From Nitrosopumilus maritimus SCM1 (GTDB lineage Archaea; Thermoproteota; Nitrososphaeria; Nitrososphaerales; Nitrosopumilaceae), in the NCBI RefSeq assembly GCF_000018465.1, contig NC_010085.1, positions 330,001 to 362,000 on the forward strand: a stretch of 32,000 nt of DNA. Direction: 5' to 3'. A program made the position numbers and the translations under genes. This document shows, piece after piece, positions 26,654 through 32,000 of this stretch. Below the pieces are notes generated by a model. It was not told the DNA's origin. It saw nothing but the letters and a program-made list of their open reading frames with translations, and did no database searches. Position 1 is the first letter of the stretch. Each line of letters begins with the position of its first letter.

Positions 26654-27091
26654 ATGAGTCAAGAACAAGCAGAACAATTAATGCAACAAATGCAGATGCT
26701 TGAAACATATTTTGCAGACTTATCTCAAAGAGAAAATACATTTCTTGGTGTATTTAGAGAAGCAACTGCAGCTATTGAATCCATAAAATCTCTTAGTAAA
26801 AACCCTGAATCCGACACTCTTGTTCCAATTGGACTTGGAACATATGTCCCAACAAAAATTTCATCCGATAGCAAAATAATTTTAAACATTGGCGCAGGAG
26901 TGGCAGTAGAAAAAGACTTTCCTTCTGCAATTAATTATCTTGAAGAGAGAATCAAAGAAATTGAAATCGCAATACAAGATACTGCAGCAAAAAAACAAGA
27001 TGCTGCTCAAAGATTGGAGCAAGGCAAAGCACAAGTCAACCAACTGATGCAAGCCATGCAACAATCTGGTCAACCTCCAAAATCGGGATAA
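26654..27091 (+). CDS. pfdA: Prefoldin subunit alpha
   Basis: 145 aa. N- and C-terminal coiled coils flank two beta-hairpins (TLVPIGLGTYVPTKISSDSKIILNIGAGVAVEKDF). The double hairpin indicates alpha class. Confidence 0.8.
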   Translation: MSQEQAEQLMQQMQMLETYFADLSQRENTFLGVFREATAAIESIKSLSKNPESDTLVPIGLGTYVPTKISSDSKIILNIGAGVAVEKDFPSAINYLEERIKEIEIAIQDTAAKKQDAAQRLEQGKAQVNQLMQAMQQSGQPPKSG

Positions 27092-27094
27092 ACA

Positions 27095-28636
27095 ATGTTT
27101 GATAAACTTCGTAGTGCATTTTCTAATGCAGCGAAAAGTTTTGGTGAAAAAGAACTTAATGAAAAAGACATAGAAGACATTCTCTTTGAATTAGAAATTT
27201 CTCTTTTAGAATCTGATGTTGCAACTGAAGTAATTGATTCAATCAAAGATGATCTTAAAGAAAAACTGGTCGGCTCCAAAGTTGACAAAAAAGAGATAGA
27301 AAAATTTGTTAAAGACAGTTTGATTTCTAGTATTTCTGCACATTTTGATGCAGCTGGAGAAATTGATCTATTTGGAAAAATTAATGAAAAAAAGGAACAA
27401 GGTCAACCATTTCTGATTTTATTCCTTGGAATTAATGGAACTGGAAAGACAACATCACTAGCTAAAGTTGCACACATGTTACAACAAGAAAAATATTCTG
27501 TTGTTGTTGCAGCTGCTGATACATTTAGAGCTGGTGCAATTGAACAATTACGAGAACACACTAATCGACTTAATCTAAAACTTGTTGCACAAAATTACAA
27601 TTCTGATCCTGCAGCTGTTGCACGTGATGCAGTACTGTATGCAAAATCTCACAAAACAGATGTTGTTTTGATTGACACTGCGGGAAGAATGCAAACAAGT
27701 GAAAACTTGATGCAACAAATTGAAAAAATTACCAAAGTTGTAAATCCTGATCTAAAAATTTTTGTTGGTGATTCTTTGGCAGGAAATGATACTGTCAATC
27801 AAGCTCGTGAATTTCATGCGCATACAAACTTCCATGGTTCAATTCTTACCAAGAGTGATGCAGATGCAAGAGGAGGTGCTGCTCTATCTATTGTTAAAGT
27901 CACTTCAACCCCTGTGATGTATGTTGGAGTTGGACAGGAATATCCTGATTTGAAACCCTTTGATAAGAAAACTTTTCTTGAAACTGTTTTTGGAAATCTG
28001 GATAACGTCGATATCAAGAAAGAACCAACACCAGAACCAACACCAGAACCAACACCAGAACCAACACCAGAACCAACACCAGAACCAACACCAGAACCAA
28101 CACCAGAACCAACACCAGAACCAACACCAGAACCAACACCAGAACCAACACCAGAACCAACACCAGAACCAACACCAGAACCAACACCAGAACCAACACC
28201 AGAACCAACACCAGAACCAACACCAGAACCAACACCAGAACCAACACCAGAACCAACACCAGAACCAACACCAGAACCAACACCAGAACCAACACCAGAA
28301 CCAACACCAGAACCAACACCAGAACCAACACCAGAACCAACACCAGAACCAGAACCAACTTCTGATGATCCGTTTGAAGGAATCAAAGATGATGAGATTG
28401 CAACTTATTCAGATTTGTTTGATGTTCCTCCACCAGAAAACGATGATGAGGCTTTCAAACTAGGCAAAAAAATTCGTCAATGGATTAAAGATGGGAAACC
28501 TGAACCAGGGGACGAAGATGAAGAAGATGAAGATGAGTATGAAGATGATGAGGATGAAGATGAAGAAGAGATTCAAAAACATGATAAAGAAGAACCAAAA
28601 AAGAAAAAAGGTAGGTTCGGGTTCTTTAGAAGATGA
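27095..28636 (+). CDS. ftsY: Signal recognition particle receptor FtsY with long repetitive C-terminal extension
   Basis: 513 aa. The N domain starts at Met1 ([17 protein letters not shown]). G1 is [17 protein letters not shown]3 is DTAGR, G4 is TKSD, and GVGQEYPDL is also present. The NG domain ends around residue 305. It is followed by (EPTP)x27, an acidic block and a [12 protein letters not shown] end. The stop overlaps the argF ATG. Confidence 0.9.
   Translation: MFDKLRSAFSNAAKSFGEKELNEKDIEDILFELEISLLESDVATEVIDSIKDDLKEKLVGSKVDKKEIEKFVKDSLISSISAHFDAAGEIDLFGKINEKKEQGQPFLILFLGINGTGKTTSLAKVAHMLQQEKYSVVVAAADTFRAGAIEQLREHTNRLNLKLVAQNYNSDPAAVARDAVLYAKSHKTDVVLIDTAGRMQTSENLMQQIEKITKVVNPDLKIFVGDSLAGNDTVNQAREFHAHTNFHGSILTKSDADARGGAALSIVKVTSTPVMYVGVGQEYPDLKPFDKKTFLETVFGNLDNVDIKKEPTPEPTPEPTPEPTPEPTPEPTPEPTPEPTPEPTPEPTPEPTPEPTPEPTPEPTPEPTPEPTPEPTPEPTPEPTPEPTPEPTPEPTPEPTPEPTPEPTPEPTPEPTPEPEPTSDDPFEGIKDDEIATYSDLFDVPPPENDDEAFKLGKKIRQWIKDGKPEPGDEDEEDEDEYEDDEDEDEEEIQKHDKEEPKKKKGRFGFFRR
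28022..28359 (+). repeat. Perfect 12-nt tandem repeat (GAACCAACACCA) x27 plus decayed end, in frame within ftsY
   Basis: Units run head-to-tail from 28022 to 28345 with no mismatch. Five full 60-nt lines of the listing are identical. The array ends with GAACCA GAACCAACT and encodes EPTP x27 followed by EPEPT. Confidence 0.98.
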
Positions 28637-29547
28637 AACTAAAAACAAAAAATTTACTCACTTTAGCGGAATTGTCCCCAAAGGAATTTGTGGGTCTAAT
28701 TGATGATGCACTTAAACTAAAAAAAGAACTCAAGAAAGGTGGAAACAAACCTATTCTAAAAAACAAAACATTAACGATGATTTTTCAAAAACCATCTACT
28801 CGAACACGAGTTAGTTTTGAAATTGGAATGTCACAACTTGGCGGTTATGCAGTTAATCTTTCATCAAATGACATGCAGTTGTCACGAGGTGAGTCAGTTG
28901 AAGATACTGCAAAGACTCTTTCACGATATACTGATTGTATAATGGCTCGTGTCTATGATCACAAATTATTAGAACAATTATCTGAAAATGCAACTGTCCC
29001 AATCATTAATGGACTCTCTGATACTTTTCATCCTTGTCAAATCTTGGCAGACTTTATGACAATAAAAGAAAAGAAGAAAAAAATCAAAGGAATTAAGATC
29101 GCGTGGATTGGTGATGGCAATAATGTATGCAATTCTATGATTTATGGTACAGCATTGGCAGGTGCAACAATGTCTATTGCAACTCCAAAAGGCTTTGAGC
29201 CGGACAAGAAGACCGTCAAAGAAGCCCAAAAGTCAACCATTATAGAACTAACGACTGATCCGCTAAAGGCAGTAAAAAATGCCGATGTTATAGTAACTGA
29301 CACCTATTCTTCTATTCATAACAATGATCCAAAGAGAATCAAAAAATTCCTTCCGAAATACCAAGTTAACCCCAAATTGATGAAGTCTGCAAAGAAAGAT
29401 GCGATCTTTATGCATTGTCTTCCAGCAAAACGAGATCAAGAAGTTACTTCGTCAGTAATTGATGGTCCACAATCTGTTGTTTGGGATGAAGCAGAAAATC
29501 GTCTTCATTCTCAAAAGGCATTGCTTGCCTCGCTCATTCGCGCTTAA
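28633..29547 (+). CDS. argF: Ornithine carbamoyltransferase
   Basis: 304 aa. The motifs are [48 protein letters not shown] and [16 protein letters not shown] and AENRLH favour OTCase over ATCase. Confidence 0.85.
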   Translation: MKLKTKNLLTLAELSPKEFVGLIDDALKLKKELKKGGNKPILKNKTLTMIFQKPSTRTRVSFEIGMSQLGGYAVNLSSNDMQLSRGESVEDTAKTLSRYTDCIMARVYDHKLLEQLSENATVPIINGLSDTFHPCQILADFMTIKEKKKKIKGIKIAWIGDGNNVCNSMIYGTALAGATMSIATPKGFEPDKKTVKEAQKSTIIELTTDPLKAVKNADVIVTDTYSSIHNNDPKRIKKFLPKYQVNPKLMKSAKKDAIFMHCLPAKRDQEVTSSVIDGPQSVVWDEAENRLHSQKALLASLIRA

Positions 29548-29549
29548 CG

Positions 29550-29557
29550 TATATAAG
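29550..29557 (+). promoter_or_regulatory. TATA-box-like element upstream of the L18-S5-L30-L15-secY operon
   Basis: TATATAAG is centred ~31 nt upstream of ATG 29584, within a 36-nt intergenic spacer. Confidence 0.45.
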
Positions 29558-29583
29558 AGCACGTTCAAACTCGAATTCTATAC

Positions 29584-30066
29584 ATGGCCTATTCAAAAAT
29601 ATTAAGGAGACTGCGCGAGGAGAAGACCAATTATCGTAAACGTAGTACAATGTTGATGGGTAAGCGTGACTTTATCACTGTAAATATTACTAATGAAAAT
29701 ACTCAAGTCCAAATTCTAAAACCTGGTATGACTGGCGACAAGGTTGTTGCATCTGCACATTCTAGATATCTTCTTGAAAAAGGTTGGAAGGGCTCTAGAA
29801 AGAGTGTCCCAGCGGCATATCTTACTGGATACTTGGCAGGAAAGAAAGCACTTGGACAAGGTGCAAAGGATGCAATCTTGTATACTGGAACTAAAAGATA
29901 CACCCAAAGAATGGCAGCAGCTCTCAAAGGAGTTATCGATGCAGGTCTAGAGGTTCCAGCAAACGAAGAAACATTTCCATCTGAAGAAAGAATTAACGGA
30001 GAACATCTTACTGTTAAAAACGAAGTCTCTAAAATGAAATCTACAATTGATACTGAGGTAAAATGA
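29584..30066 (+). CDS. rpl18: 50S ribosomal protein L18 (uL18)
   Basis: 160 aa. RRLREEKTNYRKR...NENTQVQILKP...ASAHS is the archaeal uL18/5S-binding pattern. It is followed by S5 after 1 nt. Confidence 0.9.
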   Translation: MAYSKILRRLREEKTNYRKRSTMLMGKRDFITVNITNENTQVQILKPGMTGDKVVASAHSRYLLEKGWKGSRKSVPAAYLTGYLAGKKALGQGAKDAILYTGTKRYTQRMAAALKGVIDAGLEVPANEETFPSEERINGEHLTVKNEVSKMKSTIDTEVK

Positions 30067-30067
30067 A

Positions 30068-30784
30068 ATGAGTCAAACAACAGAATCTAAACCACAAGGC
30101 GGACAGAAAGGTAAAGGTGCCCCAACTTATGGCGGAGGTAGACCTGATGGTGCAAAAGGTGGAGATAGACCAAGAAGAAGAAGAGAACCAGAAGAAGAAG
30201 TTTGGGTTCCAAAAACAATTCTTGGACAAAAAGTTGCATCAGGAGAAATTTCATCACTAGAAGAAATTATTGAATTAGGATTAAGAATTCAAGAAGCAGG
30301 AATTATCAAAAAATTACTGCCTGACTTGAAGAGTGAAGTCGTTGATGTTGGAATTATCCAAAAGATGACATCAAACGGTCAATCAACAAGATTCAAAGCA
30401 ATCGTTGCAACTGGAAACGAGAACGGTTACTTGGGAATTGGACAAGGAAAATCAAAACAAATGAGAATTGCAATTGAAAAGGCAACAAACGCTGCTTATC
30501 TTAACGTCAATCCAATCAAGATGGGCTGTGGCAGTTGGGAATGCAGATGTGATCAAAAACATTCAGTACCATTCAAAGTAAAGGGTAAAGGTGGAAGTGT
30601 TACAATTGAAATTATTCCTGCACCTCGTGGATTAGGTCTTGTAGCAGGTGGTAAAATTAAACGATTATTGGAGTTAGCTGGTCTAAAAGACGCTTGGACT
30701 ACTGCAAAAGGTTCAACTCCTACAATGAACTCTACTTCAAAAGCTATCTTGGACTGTCTTAGACAGACATTTAGTCAGGGTTGA
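30068..30784 (+). CDS. rps5: 30S ribosomal protein S5 (uS5)
   Basis: 238 aa with a basic Gly/Arg-rich N-terminal extension. RFKAIVATGNENGYLGIGQGKSKQMRIAIEKA and GGSVTIEIIPAPRGLGLVAG are present. Confidence 0.95.
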   Translation: MSQTTESKPQGGQKGKGAPTYGGGRPDGAKGGDRPRRRREPEEEVWVPKTILGQKVASGEISSLEEIIELGLRIQEAGIIKKLLPDLKSEVVDVGIIQKMTSNGQSTRFKAIVATGNENGYLGIGQGKSKQMRIAIEKATNAAYLNVNPIKMGCGSWECRCDQKHSVPFKVKGKGGSVTIEIIPAPRGLGLVAGGKIKRLLELAGLKDAWTTAKGSTPTMNSTSKAILDCLRQTFSQG

Positions 30785-30790
30785 TGAGAA

Positions 30791-31258
30791 ATGGCAAATG
30801 CAGTACTAGTTGTTAGAATCAAAGGTCAAGCAGACTGTCCTTATTGGGCATCAACTACAATGGATTTGCTAAAACTTGAAAGAAAATATCGTGCAGTAAT
30901 TCTTCCTGCAAAAGACAACTTACTTGGTATGCTAAAAAAAGTACAACACTATGTTGCTTGGGTTGATCTTGACACAGAGTTGGCACAAGAACTCATTGAC
31001 AAAAAAGCAAGAAAGTCTGGATACAAGAAAGTAACGCCAGAAGATCTTAAAGAATTAGGTTATGCAAGTTCTGCAGAACTAGCTGCAGCACTAACTGAAG
31101 GAAAAACAATGTTATCAAAATTAAAACCACTAAAACCTTGGTTTGCATTAGCACCACCAAGACACGGATTCAAAAGAAGTACAAAGAGATTGTATGGACA
31201 AAAAGGAATTCTTGGAAGAAACAAAGAACTCGCAACAATTGTTAGGAATATGATTTAA
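30791..31258 (+). CDS. rpl30: 50S ribosomal protein L30 (uL30)
   Basis: 155 aa. The start VLVVRIKGQADCPYWASTTMDLLKL and the position between S5 and L15 support the call. Confidence 0.9.
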   Translation: MANAVLVVRIKGQADCPYWASTTMDLLKLERKYRAVILPAKDNLLGMLKKVQHYVAWVDLDTELAQELIDKKARKSGYKKVTPEDLKELGYASSAELAAALTEGKTMLSKLKPLKPWFALAPPRHGFKRSTKRLYGQKGILGRNKELATIVRNMI

Positions 31259-31259
31259 C

Positions 31260-31724
31260 ATGGCAACAAGATTAAGAAAAACAAGACGACTTAGGGGAGG
31301 ACGCCACATGGGATGGGGCCAAGTAGGTCAACATCGTGCAAGTGGTCACAAAGGTGGTCTTGGAGTTACTGGAATGATGAAACATCATTGGAGTACAACA
31401 CTAAAAGATGAACCAGATCATTATGGCCATGATTCAACTAAACCACCTCACCCAAATATTACCAAGAAATGGGCTAGCGTCCGTGATCTTGATGACTTGT
31501 TTACTAAGTTCGGTAAAGAAGAAGGAGGAAAAAAAGTCGTAGACCTTGAAAATGCAGGATACGAGAAACTCCTTGGCGGCGGAAAAGTATCAAACGCTTA
31601 TTCTGTCAAAGTCACACAGTACACTGCATCTGCAGAAGAGAAACTAAAGGCTGTTGGCGGAGAAGTAATTTCTGCAGCAAAAGAAAAATCTGATGGGGAA
31701 GAGGTAGTTACAGAAGATGGCTGA
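31260..31724 (+). CDS. rpl15: 50S ribosomal protein L15 (uL15)
   Basis: 154 aa. RKTRRLRGGRHMGWGQVGQHRASGHKGGLG is the uL15 N-terminus. Confidence 0.9.
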   Translation: MATRLRKTRRLRGGRHMGWGQVGQHRASGHKGGLGVTGMMKHHWSTTLKDEPDHYGHDSTKPPHPNITKKWASVRDLDDLFTKFGKEEGGKKVVDLENAGYEKLLGGGKVSNAYSVKVTQYTASAEEKLKAVGGEVISAAKEKSDGEEVVTEDG

Positions 31725-32000
31725 GGGTACAGTTACCACCATCATTCGAAAGATGGTCTTTAAAGCAGAACCATATCTTCCTCAAGTTCCAAAACCAAAA
31801 AAGAAGATTCCATTATCCACTAGATTGCTCTGGTGTGGAGTTGCATTACTTATCTACATGGTAATGGGCCAAACACCATTATTTGGAGCAACAACCCCTG
31901 AATTTGACTTCCTAGCATTTGCTAGAGTAATTTTTGCATCACAACAAGGAACCCTTGTTGAATTAGGTATTGGGCCGATTGTAACAGCTGGACTCTTGAT
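31717..32000 (+). CDS. secY: Protein translocase subunit SecY (5' partial, runs off window)
   Basis: ATG 31717 overlaps the L15 stop by 8 nt. The translation MAEGTVTTIIRKMVFKAEPYLPQVPKPKKKIPLSTRLLWCGVALLIYMVMGQTPLFG...ELGIGPIVTAGLL matches the SecY N-terminus and TM1-TM2. It is in the conserved position after L15. Confidence 0.85.
   Translation, partial: MAEGTVTTIIRKMVFKAEPYLPQVPKPKKKIPLSTRLLWCGVALLIYMVMGQTPLFGATTPEFDFLAFARVIFASQQGTLVELGIGPIVTAGLL

Noticed and set aside
28022-28359. Possible CRISPR array, given the highly regular direct repeats.
   Set aside because: The units are 12 nt and contiguous with no spacers. They sit in frame within ftsY, and no cas genes are nearby. This is a coding tandem repeat.
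27814-28463. Long ORFs encoding (GSGV)n (27814-28386, minus), (LV)n (28014-28358, minus) and (QNQH)n (27960-28463, plus).
   Set aside because: These are simply the 12-nt ftsY repeat read in other frames or on the other strand. They have no independent start context, and they lie wholly inside a well-supported gene.
28460-28703. ORFs 28460-28648 (minus) and 28491-28703 (plus) in the ftsY 3' end.
   Set aside because: These are alternative-frame readings of the GAA/GAT/AAG-rich acidic/basic tail. They give Phe/Ile or Lys/Met low-complexity strings and are nested in ftsY and argF.
1-32000. Mobile elements, prophage, defence islands or horizontally acquired blocks.
   Set aside because: I saw no integrase, transposase or recombinase motifs, no terminal inverted repeats, no tRNA attachment sites, and no obvious compositional break by eye. 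GC content was not computed.

Overview
This is a compact, AT-rich archaeal chromosome segment that is almost entirely coding. It encodes archaeal-type LeuRS and AlaRS, Spt5, SecE and SecY, ribosomal proteins L1, P0, L11, P1, L19e, L32e, L18, S5, L30 and L15, prefoldin alpha, and DtdA. This gene content, the tiny or negative intergenic spacers, and a Pro/Thr/Glu linker repeat suggest a marine ammonia-oxidising thaumarchaeon (Nitrosopumilales-like). That assignment is an inference from reading the sequence, not a database hit. About 40 protein genes are supported. I found no tRNA or rRNA genes, CRISPR array, transposase, integrase or other mobile element. Most of the window is housekeeping. Five things deserve a second look. 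(1) ftsY has its NG domain at the N-terminus, followed by a ~205-aa C-terminal appendage. The appendage is 27 perfect copies of a 12-nt unit encoding EPTP, then a poly-acidic block, then a basic/aromatic [12 protein letters not shown] end. It resembles a bacterial A-domain and membrane tether placed at the opposite end of the protein. (2) A translationally coupled four-gene minus-strand cluster (12779-15478) has no recognisable family. It encodes a 10-TM protein with duplicated outward-facing His motifs, a TM/SHOCT-like/Zn-ribbon protein, a 71-aa protein, and an exported hyper-acidic Tyr-rich coiled-coil protein. It lies next to an orphan receiver-domain gene. (3) The ribosomal stalk protein P0 lacks the C-terminal factor-recruiting tail that P1 carries, and the P1 gene is relocated 4 kb away. 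(4) An Lrp regulator plus five micro-ORFs (34-62 aa, two with Zn ribbons) are inserted into the normally contiguous secE-spt5-L11-L1-P0 cluster. (5) The conserved-looking N-terminus of pckA is encoded upstream of its first canonical start codon. All functional calls rest on motifs read by eye. No searches were run.
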